Positions 12,801 to 24,800 of a stretch of DNA of 64,000 bases are shown here, one piece after another. The translations under genes were made by a program, and so were the position numbers. The notes beneath the pieces were generated by a model. It was not told the origin of the DNA. It did not search any database and worked only from the letters and a program-made list of their open reading frames with translations. Position 1 is the stretch's first letter; the number at the start of each line of letters is the position of its first letter. Source of the DNA: Tubiluchus corallicola (lineage: Eukaryota; Animalia; Priapulida); NCBI GenBank assembly GCA_030141605.1, contig JAQGDQ010000156.1:186001-250000 (forward strand). Direction: 5' to 3'.

Positions 12801-15800
12801 TAAGTTGAAAAATCCACTATACCCAGTTCTTCCTCATTAGGGATCATGGTCATTATGTAATCATGTGCTGCCTGTGAACAAATTTTATGTAAATTTTATA
12901 CATGCACATGCGTTAGTCAGTAAAGTTAAGTTAAATCTACTACATTTTATTACCAGTTTTATAGGATATTTTTCATGACAGTATAAGACAACATAGTATA
13001 AACACTGTGCAGTATAAAATTTGCTATGGCTGTTACTTAATTGTGAAACTCCTTTACATACTTGATTGACTTTAGTAAGCCGTCCACCACTCATGCTGCC
13101 TGATGTGTCTATAACTAATACTGATGATTTTTTAGATGCTGCTGCCCTCTTCACGTATCTAAATTGCGTCATAATTTCGGTAATGTTTTCATTTGGTGGA
13201 TTTGCACCATTTGCAAAGTCTGGATGTTCCATTATGACCTGCAACAAGTGAACATTTTTTTCACAAATTTCTGCGTACTGCCGTATGCCAACGGTTCTCT
13301 AAAAAATTTTAGGTTTTAATTACAGAGATAATTTTCTTCCAACCAAAAATATTAATATAAGTTTAATGACAACCCATTGTTTTTAGGGTTGTAAGAGTCA
13401 GCCATATAGCCCCATCATAGTAAATGCACTACCAGCTTCTTTGCTATTATTTCAAGTTCATAAATGCATCAATTTAACTTACAGTCCAGACTGATTTCTT
13501 ATCACATTGTCGATTCTGCTCATTCGGAGAATTCCTGTTGTGGTGAGTGTCATCGCAGAATTCAACTATCTGAAAACGTGAAAACGTTGTTGATAGTGTC
13601 AGAAAGTATGACTTCTTTACACTAACCAAATAAAGTTGTTTATATCTTTGTTTTGTTTCGTACTTTTTCCAGGGGCATAGCCAGGTTCTAAAGTTAAAGG
13701 GGGAGCAAGCATGTAAAAAAGGTGCTGTGGCATATGAAGCAATTATATGTTTGTCTATGCCACATTATCAATGTATGACAAGAGTGTATTATAATTAGAT
13801 GTGCGGGCAATTTGATCCTTGGTTCAGTCGGTCAATCTTGACAAATGAGTTGTGTAAAAGCATACTCTTTTCAAAAACACGGGAGGCAGTTGGTCAAATA
13901 AAGTAATAAGGCAGGTTGTTGAAAGGGTGCAAATTTTGAAAGATGTGCTCGGCCGGAGCGGTTGCTCCCCTTGCTCCCGTATTAGCTACGCTCCTGGTTT
14001 TCACCTCACCTGCTCACTTGCGGTTTCATACATGAGGGAAGAAGTAACTGTCGGTGTTCCTTGAAAATTTGGAACAAAATAGCATTCGTCTGGTTCCTGA
14101 TGTGGCTGACAGGGGTTTCCATTAGCCATGTCGAAGAACTCACCTACATTAATCAATAATAATGTTCATATGAATCGTATCTATCAACGAAGTGCAACTT
14201 AGTGATCAAATGATGGGTTGTGAAACTTGTAAAGCCACATTAATTTAGCATAAACGTGCAACTGGATACATTATTTGTACACTTAAGGTGAGTGCATTAC
14301 CTTCAATGTCTTTGCTACATCGTACACCCTGAAGCATCCCGTTTTCAGCAGCGTAAACACTTGGTTCATCAATACCAGCAAACTCGTCAAAAACGCCCCA
14401 ACGAAGATGTGCCCATTCATGTACCAGCACCTAGAAATGCATTCACCAATTTTAACATGCAGGTGCAAATTAAACCATTAAGTGCTTTTCATGAATTACC
14501 AGTTAAAGACAATTTATATATTCTAACGTTTGACATACATGTACTCACCTGTCCATACGACCCAAACATGATTGCTAGGTTGTCATCATATATATAGTCA
14601 GGTGTTAAGTGCATATACTCTCCCGACTGTCCACATGGTCTCATCGTAACAGTAAAGGGTCGATCTGTGGTGGGGAAGTTAGGATCTGGAGTTTTGATTC
14701 TTATGTCTGCAGTGTCGTAAGTGTATGAAGCATCGTCGCATGTGTTGTTTGGACACGTATAATTCCATGAGGACCATGACTGAGGCAGTAGTATTGTAAC
14801 CTCTCTTATGTAAGCCCGATTCCTAGAAGAGTCAAATGATTTTCACAGTTGTGTGCTTAACACCGGTAGAAGAGAGATAGGTATTTTTGTAACACTTTGG
14901 CCCTGCATTTTACAAAACAGTGACTTCTCTTATATATACCCCCATTCCTAGAAGAATCAAATGATTTTCACAGTTGTGTGCTTAACACCGGTAGAAGAGA
15001 GATAGGTATTTTTGTAACACTTTGGCCCTGCATTTTACAAAACAGTGACTTCTCTTATATATACCCCCATTCCTAGAAGAATCAAATGATTTTCACAGTT
15101 GTGTGCCTAACACCGGTAGAAGAGAGATAGGTATTTTTGTAACACTTTGGCCCTGCATGTTACGAAACAGTGACTTCTCTTATATATACCCCATTCCTAG
15201 AAGAGTCAAATGATTTTCACAGTTGTGTGCTTAACACCGGTAGAAGAGAGATAGGTATTTTTGTAACACTTTGGCCCTGCATTTTATGAAACAGTGACTT
15301 CTCTTATATATACCCCATTCCTAGAAGAATCAAATGATTTTCACAGTTGTGTGCTTAACACCGGTAGAAGAGAGATAGGTATTTTTGTAACACTTTGGCC
15401 ATGCATTTTAGGAAACACATATTTTTGTAGCTTGATTTTTGTTATTGTTTTACTTACTTTGTAGCTTGAAAGAGTGTCATGGACATTTCAGTAAACACAT
15501 GTTCAATTCGAGACAAAAGGTGGTAGTCTTCAGGCACATTAACATCAAGAGCAAGACGAACATCCGTGTAGCCATTGTCTTTCAGAGTTATGGCATAACC
15601 CCCATAAAGCCATGCACTCCACCAAAATGTAACAAAAATTAATACACGATCCATCACTTTCAGAGAGTACCTAAAGTCTGTTTTACAAGTTAATGGCAGA
15701 TATTTCTTGCTCCTCTTATCTAGGTCTGATAAGCATCTGTATTTGTTTAGGACAAATACTTGGTATGTTACTCTTTGCTTGCCTACCTTTGAAGATTTCA

Positions 15801-18800
15801 TCAGTGAGTCACTTACATGTGTTTAAACAAGAATTCGCATTTATTATTTCTATATCCGGGAAGAAATTTTTGAAGTTCAAAGAAAAATTTCCCCAAAAAT
15901 TTCTGTATTACATTCATTACGTTTTTGGTTTTTTTGTTTATATCGTAGATTGTTTACTATATACTATATATGGTTTACTCTACTGTTTTATGTGTTTGAC
16001 GTCATAGGTTTTTCCTTGAACTCACATTTTAGATTTAACTAATTTGTAACGACTGCCAAATCACATTTGTGTGATGTGATCTGCGTTTAAACTTTAAACT
16101 CAAAAATTTACAGGCCAACATTTTTAGATATTTTAAGTATACTGCATTTTCGTGAATTGTTTATTAACTTTCTTTCCTACATTAACTGAAGTGGAGTTTC
16201 TAAGTTTCTAAATGCATAAATATAAACAGAAACTAACATATTAATAGAGCAATTCATTTATAACAAAGTATGTTTTAAAATATAAAAATATAAAATACAA
16301 AAATATGAAAAAAATATATAATACAATAATATAAAAAGCATAAAGTAATTTGCACCAGAATTATAAAGTTCTTTGGTGAAATCAAAGGGAATAACTGTCA
16401 CCTTGCATTATAGTGTTTTAAGGATGGGTTCAACCTTTGCTTTCTTATCATACTGGAACATCTGCAAATGATCTAACATTTTATGTGAATAAGCTGCCAT
16501 AGCGGTTTTGTACAACGACCGGTACTTTATTAGTTCCTGGTAGAACATTGCACAGCACATCTCATGTTATGTGTACAGGCAAATAAAAAAATATAGCAGA
16601 AAAGACTTTGCACTTGAGTATAAAATCTAATCTTATCAACTTGCTAAATTATGAAATGCTCAAATATTTGTTTACAGCAAATGCAGGCTCACCTACAAAA
16701 TAAACACTACAGATACTGATAAGTAAGAACACGCACATTAGGAAATCCCCAAAAATTTAATGTGCGTTACTTTGCTAGATTAATTTGCTATCTAATTACA
16801 AAAATAAAATGTAATTTCAAAAAGACGATAAGTACTACATTTCAGTTTATCTTCCCTACACAGGATGGATGTGTGTATGGATTTCTAGCTGCATCTGGTC
16901 TAAAAGAGCAATATTCCCTTGATTGTATTTATTGTTTTGAGAGTTTTATTGCTTATACAACATTTATTAAACATAGAGCAGGTAATGCAACAGGTATAAA
17001 ACTACTCGCTGTTTATAATACACTAATAATTTTACATGTTAAATTTCAAAACGTGGGGTTTTGACCGTTATACACCAGTGACAAATTATGAACTGCTAGA
17101 ACGTTAGGTGCTGTTAAACCACATAGCCTTTGTTTGTTTTCCCCGTCTGTGACTTACTGTCACAGTCTGTCACTGTCCAGCTGTCACTGTTCCATTTACG
17201 GCACAGTAACGCTGTCAAACATGCAATTATAAGTATAAAGAAGAGACAAGCACTTCCAATAATCACGACGAGTAGCCACAGTCTGATGTTGTCCCCTGGG
17301 TCTTCTGTCGTTTCTGTGGTTGGGGCTATGGTAGCTGGTGGCTCCGGAAACGGGTTCAGGTTTAACGTGGCTGAGACTAAGTTGGATAAACCACTTCCGG
17401 CTTCCTGGTCATCATAGGTGATTACGGTATACCATAGTGTGAATTCTCCTGAAATTGAAGATTACAACTAATCAAAAATTTTATACGTTGGAACTGTCAC
17501 CACTATTGCCATATTACAGCATGTGGTTGAAAACTTGATTTTGGACACATTACACAAGTTCTGAATCCCAGCATTATACAAAGTTAAACTGAGGTCTTTG
17601 GCTAACAAGTCATTGTTAATTTTAATGCAGTGAACCTTGCCTGTTCTTCCGGCTTTAATGACGAGTTTTTCTGCTCCTCCAGACTTCTTTGGTGACGACA
17701 AATCTGTTTCGGAACCTTCGGCCAAGTGCTTTTCTTCAATTTTTGTTTGGTTTTCTGTTTGGTCATTCAGCGCATCAAAGTCGTCGCTTATGTAGACTTC
17801 ATATCTAGTAGCTAAAATGGTATAACTTGTAAACGATTGTAGAAATTAATCAATCGATGTTTTTCCTGCTTTGTCGGAATGGTAACATTCATTAAGTGTT
17901 AAGGATTAGACACTATATCGGTCCAAATAAATACAACTTATAATATAAGTACACGCTGTTGCATGCACGAACACGTTCACTCACGCAGCACACATAAACA
18001 CACGTGCATTAAAATCTCAAGAGCTTAAAACCAACTTTGGCCATTGAGTGTTTTCTGCCGTAGTTGCTCAGATGTAACTTATCTGTCGCTGCAGTTGAAA
18101 TTTTTTAATGTAGATATTTAATACGGACGAAGGTGCAGTCGAGACTCGAGCGTCCTTATATACCAAAATATAACATGAATCAACACTTTTTTGTGTTGCT
18201 ACCGTAAGTTTCCCCCTACTATCATATTTACAGGTAGCTCTGTTGGATGGTGTACTGCAAGAAGGAAATTTCTTGCCTGCTCTGTCATGTTGACTGCTAG
18301 TTCAGTTGACAGAACATGGGAGTAGCAATCCCAGGTCTCTGGTTCAAATCCTGACTAGTCAATAATTTTTCAGCATCTCCTTTCTTTCTCCAGCTCATTA
18401 TCCACAATGGGTGGTAATTGTTAAAATAAGCAACAGTGGTTTATGAACAGTCTGGCAATAACAGTTGTAATCTAACTAATTAATGATACGAATATTATAA
18501 TCATACCTGTTCCAGCATCAAGATCATTTCCTGGTGCAGTCCATTCTATGGTAACAGTAGCACTTTCTAAATCTATCTTTGTCACTTTTAAGTTTTTAAT
18601 GTCACTCGGAGGATGATTCACTGACCCTGTAATCATACAAAAATAATTTGCTGGTATTCCACTTTACAATTCCATTTGCGACATTTTCACAGCAACCATG
18701 AGTTCATATCTTTCTGAAGATACGTGAGCACTCTCTTCTTGAAATAATAAATTTGAAATGATTAGTTTGCAGAATTTGCATTTAGTTTTAATATTTTTAT

Positions 18801-21800
18801 CATTAGTTCACAAACTGAACAATTTTTTTTAAGTACATGCATTATGAAACAGAAACTACGTTTTCAAAGCAGTCAATACTAAGCACCATGTATGCCATTC
18901 ATCTTAAATTAGTTTTTCAAGGCATCTTATACCTGGTGTGTATCCGTCTGGTACGGAAAATGAACCGGCCGTTGCAGATCTTTGCAATCCTTCAAGAACT
19001 ATGTTATTACTACGTTTCCTCAAATAGTTTTGCACCCCTTGGCCCACAACTCTGTCAGGACTAACGATCGTGTTTGCTCCATCATTGCTTACTGATACCT
19101 GCAAATTTGTTTATGTAAGATTAAAATCAGAGTTGTACTTAATTTGTTTATTAAAGCTGTAGAGTCATTTTTCACCTATAAAATATCTTACAATAACTGT
19201 ACTGCTTCTCGCTGTGCTCTGTATGTATCGCAGTCTGGCTGCATGCTATGTAAATCATTTTTGAATTAGCAAAGCAGATGTAGACAGAAATTAGCCATCT
19301 GTAAATAACCATTCTAATGAAACTAATTAAAGAACTTTCTAACCTTGACAGTGTACCGTCCACCTCGGTTGAAGTCCAAAAAGAAAGCTGAGTATACTCC
19401 GTCGTGCCTTTTTACATCGGCAGCTAAAAAAATGAGAGTTTCTACTTTCAGTGCTCAAGATACGTAACAGTCTGCAAATTAATATACACAATGTGAACAA
19501 ACCTACAACTTTGACAGTCCTCATTCTACATGCTCAGAGCATGAGCACTGGAGTACAGTACTGACTTAATGTGCTCCTAGTTTACCAGGATCAAATGTGC
19601 CGGCATTGAGAGCTTTTGTTTTGTGGGTTTCCTAACTTAACCTTGCAGTAGTTGAAACTCATTTTTCATACAATTTTGATTGGATTCTTTGAAAAAAGTT
19701 CTGTGCGATAGAAGCCTTGTAGTTCAGTTTGCTTGGAGTATTTTATTTAATTCACGATGTTCAGGAAGAACTCAGAATCAGAATTAGAATTGCATCAAAA
19801 AAAGTTTACTGAAATGTGACATTTTGATACAAAACTACGTCATGTGGCATACAAAATTTTTGTCGTTTTGCAGCCATTCCAACAATGACCTATGTGACAG
19901 TAATTTTTGCATAACTACTTTACCTAACCTGGTGTCATATAATTCCAACTCTACTGTGCTGTTATCTGGTTGTTTAATCTTGGCAGATGCTTTACCTACA
20001 TGACAGTAATTTTTACATAACTACTTTACCTGATCCAGTGTCATATTATTCCAACTCTACTGTGCTGCTCCCTGGTTGTTCAATCTCGGCAAATGCTTTA
20101 CCCACATGACAGTAATTTTTGCATAACTACTTTACCTGATCCAGTGTCATATAATTCCAACTCTACTGTGCTGCTATCTGGTTGTTCAATCTTGGCAAAT
20201 GCTTTACCTACATGACAGTAATTTTTACATAACTACTTTACCTGATCCAGTGTCATATAATTCCAACTCTACTGTGCTGCTCCCTGGTTGTTCAACTTCG
20301 GCAAATACTTTAGCTCCTAATACTGGAAACACACCTACAATAGAACAGCATCTTATAATCATATTGTTACAACAGCCACTGAAAATAACATGGTTTTGTT
20401 GAAAACTCATATGAATCAATCTAAACATTTCAGCATTTGCTGAAGCTATCGTCAAGAAAAAAATATTCACCTTAAAAACAGAGATAGTACAGTTAGTGCT
20501 AATAAAAAAAATTGACGATTAAAAAATATGCAAATGAAATTTTGTAAACCGTCAATTAGACATGTGATGAGGTGAGATGAATACATTGTGTTTAAGCATA
20601 GACAGTAAATGGGTTAACCTACTGGTATAGACATTTAGAATAGTATTGGAAATTTAAATTTAAATTCTAATTAATATAAAAAAGTAGCCATTTGCATCTT
20701 AGTACAAGTACCACAGGGAACAGGAATAAGAAACTAAGTTGAAGTAAAAGTTGAAACAGCAGATGTTACAAAACAGAAAGAAGATGGCCATGGAACTTGA
20801 CTATAGAACAGGGGCAAAGGCAAAGATTAAGACTGTGTTTTAAGAGAAGTCCCACCAGGGATAATAAGAAGATTCTTCATCAATAATTGAGTGTCAGTAT
20901 AGGATAGCGCCTCAAAATTGTCCATTGTGCCCCAAATACTAAGTAATCTTGGCTGAGTGTGTGTGGGATATTCAGTGGCATTGTGGGAATGTTATTTATG
21001 CTGAAATTGTAATTTACACATGGTAAACATATCAGTAGGTGCACTAGGTTAACTCACTTTGCAAACGAAATAAAACAGATTGCTTGAAAACCCTTTATTT
21101 CTAGTATCTTTAATCTCACTGGACGTGGTGATATCACTTACCTTGTCGTACTATTACAAACAAGGACTGCACTTCACCGTTGGAAGCGTCAACCACTCTC
21201 AAAGCCCACTCTGCTTCCACTGTTATCGGTGTAATGTTGTAACGCGGCAGAGTTGTTATCATCACAATAACATCGAGTGCATTTGAATGATTATTGTCAA
21301 TCCTGCATGCGTATGATCCTGGCTGCAACAGGTGATATAAATCTTACATTGCAAGAACTGAGTATATTTACCCGACTAGACCTGCTTTGATTCAAAAACA
21401 AAACAGAAAAATTCACTTTACATGTTGTGGTAATGAAACAATGTTATAATGGCATGACAAAATTAGTAGTAATGACATAAACTGATGAATTCAGTGCAGC
21501 TCAACCAAATCAGAAATCTGCGTTAACATATTAAAGTTAAACTGTGTCAAGTCCACCTAACATATGTAACACTTTTAAACTGGATGGGGGCCTGTTATAC
21601 CAACCAATGACGACTGATATTTCATAACAATTATAGGCAGGTATTACATAGAAAACAATGCAGTGAACTACTGAACTACGGAGAAATAGTTACAGCTCAT
21701 TTAGGTTTTCACAAGTCTGTAGGAAGTAAGACTTAAGACATGCTGACATGTTCACTATGCATGTCACAGAAGGATAATTTAAGCATAGCCACTTAACTGT

Positions 21801-24800
21801 GATGTATGAGATTCTGCAATTAATGCAGTTGCCAATGTTTGAGGCAAGGATAGATATGAAAAAATCTCTATTGTTTTTACCATTATTTTATTCCCTACCA
21901 TACTTGCTAACTTTTAATTCTCACACGCTTGGTTACTGAATAATTGTAGTACTAATTGCACTGATTATTCTAAAGTTCCGATCATAAGACCAAGTTTAAA
22001 GATTTCTTTCATCTACTCACGCCTGCGTCAGGTATTTGTATGTTTACATGCTTGCGGTCTAAATCCCATTTGTACTCTGGTGATCCTAGCGTTATGACAG
22101 TTCCATCCGGTTTTGCTATTTTCACAACGATAGGTATGTAATTTGGTAAGGGAAGTCCATGTGCATCAAAGTATGTTAATGAAAAATACGTGTCTATTCC
22201 CACAGTATTGTCAATGTAGATCTCAAATTCTCTAGACGTGTTTTGTGCAATTGATTGCTCGACTTTGCTGAGTATCTCAATTCGAGTTTCCGATGAGTCT
22301 AAATTAAACAATTAATCGTCTTTGTAGTCAGACAGACAAAAGTAACATGACAATAATAGACCAACAGTTGTTTGTAACCTTGACCTCAAGGGGCTGTCTT
22401 GTTTAAAATAAATCCCTTTTATTTTAGATTAGTAAGATTTTAAGGTAAATGAGGACATGGCTGGTGAATTTCATTATCATTCATAATCCAACAATACTTT
22501 AAATTATTAAAAACACATTATTAAATTATTAGTTAGTAGTCACTAAAATGAAGACATCAGTGGCATTTAGATATTCTTTTGCTTTTGATAAACATAAATT
22601 TTGGTTGAAATACAAGTAATCTTGAAATTCTATGCAGCTTTGCTGCATTTAAAATTCTTATTGGTCTTGATTTTTGCTACAACAAGTCTTTTATTTGTGG
22701 TGTTTTGTACGTAAATAACATTTTTGTTTCATTTTAATTAAAAACTAGCAAAGGCCCCGCAAAAGATTTTGTGTATAAATACACGTGTAATCAATAATAC
22801 GCGAACATCCTACACAGTCCTCATTTATAACACAAAGCCCGTAACATCCTGCCTACTTACCTAACGCAAAGCCGGTAGCAGCTTTTTACTGAATTAAAGT
22901 TATAGACAGAGTACAGCAGGCAGCTTTTACTGAAGCAGAGTACAATGGATGACGTCAGCACAATGGAATGCGGTCACCACGGTTTTCTAAGCGAAAATTA
23001 TCGAAATTTGAACACCTAATTAACTCGTCGATACTCCTCTCGGTAGACCTGCCCTAAAATATAACCCACATCATCGTGTAGCCCTGTCCTTTCTCTTTGT
23101 AAAGAGCTCCATATCTCCTTCCGAAAGTCCCACCGGGCGCCGCTAGAACGTTTTTCCCGCATGCTGTTTGGTCAAAATTTCGAAAAAATCGCGAGTTAGG
23201 TCTGGGAAAACGCCCGTTGCGGGGCGCCCTGGCCCTCTCGGGAATTCTAAATATGCCTACTACACCCACCGCTGAACGGGCTATCTATCCATACCCAGGA
23301 CCACCCTCGGCCCGTTCCCGTTCTCTACATCTCAGCCGTATAACTTTTGCAAAAAACGGTCGAAAAAGGGGCATTTTTGGAGGTTTTTCGCCCCCCCCCT
23401 TCCTTCCGGTGGGCCCGATTAAAAAAATAAACCATCAATGGCATGACACTAGATCGAGACCTTTCGTTTGATATATAGATCGCCGCAAATGGTGCCCTCG
23501 TCAGGGCTGTAGCCTCGAATCTTATATATATATATATATATAATGCCCATACCAAGAATATTAATATAAGGGACTAGCAAAGGCCCCGCAAAAGATTTTG
23601 CGTATAAATACACGTGTAATCAATAATACGCAAACGTCCTACCAAACCCCAAAACCCCCCCCCCCCCAACAAAACCACACACCCACCCAACCACACCAAC
23701 CCACACCCCCCCCCCCCCCACACCACCAAACCAAAAAACCAAAACAACCCCCCCCCCCCGGGCCCGATAAAAAAATAAACCATCAATGCAGACACTAGAT
23801 CGAGACCTTTCGTTTGATATATAGATCGCCGCAAATGGTGCCCTCGTCCTTATGTAGCCTCGAATCTTATATATATATATATATATAATGCCCATACCAA
23901 GAATATTAATATAAGGGACTAGCAAAGGCCCCGCAAAAGATTTTGCGTATAAATACGCGTGTAATCAATAATACGCAAACGTCCTACCAAAATCGCGAGT
24001 TGGGTCCGGGAAAACGCCCGTTGCGGGGCGCCCTGGCCCTCTCGGGAATTCTAAATATGCCTACTACACCCACCGCTGAACGGGCTATCTATCCATACCC
24101 AGCACCCCCCTCGGCCCGTTTCCGTTCTCTACATCTCAGCCGTATAACTTTTGCAAAAAAAAGCCGAAAAAGGGCCATTTTTGGGGGTTTTTCGCCCCCC
24201 CGTTCCTCCCGGTGGGCCCGATTCGAAAAATAAACCATCAATGAGAAGACACTAGATCGAGACCTTTCGTTTGATATATAGATCGCCGCAAATGGTGCCG
24301 TCGTCGAAGCTGTAGCCTCGAATCTTATATATATATATAAATATATTAAGATACCAAGAATATTAATATAAGGGACTAGCAAAGGCCCCGCAAAAGATTT
24401 TGCGTAAAAAACCACGTATAAGCAATAACACGCGACCATCCTACCTAGTCCTCATTTATAACACAAAGCCCATAACATCCTGCCTACTTACCTAACGCAA
24501 AGCCAGCAGCGTTTACTCCTGCCTACTGTATGTTGCAAAGCAGCTTTTTGCTGAATTAAAGTTATAGACACAATGGATGACGTCAGCACAATGGAATGCG
24601 TCGCAGTTTTCTAAGCGAGAATTTTCACAGTTTTCTAAGCGAAAATCGCCGAAAATAAAGCACCTAATTAACTCGTCGATACTCCTCTCGGTGGACCTGC
24701 CCTAAAATATAACCCACATCATCGCGTAGCCCTGTCCTTCCTCTTTGTTAAGAGCCCCATATCTCCTTCCTAGAGTCCCACCGGGCGACGCTAGAACGTT

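Noticed and set aside
23641-23760. Pro-rich and Gly-rich ORFs over a C/A homopolymer stretch
   Set aside because: It lies inside a Helitron unit and looks like a low-quality consensus or degenerate version of the neighbouring units; there is no evidence of coding.
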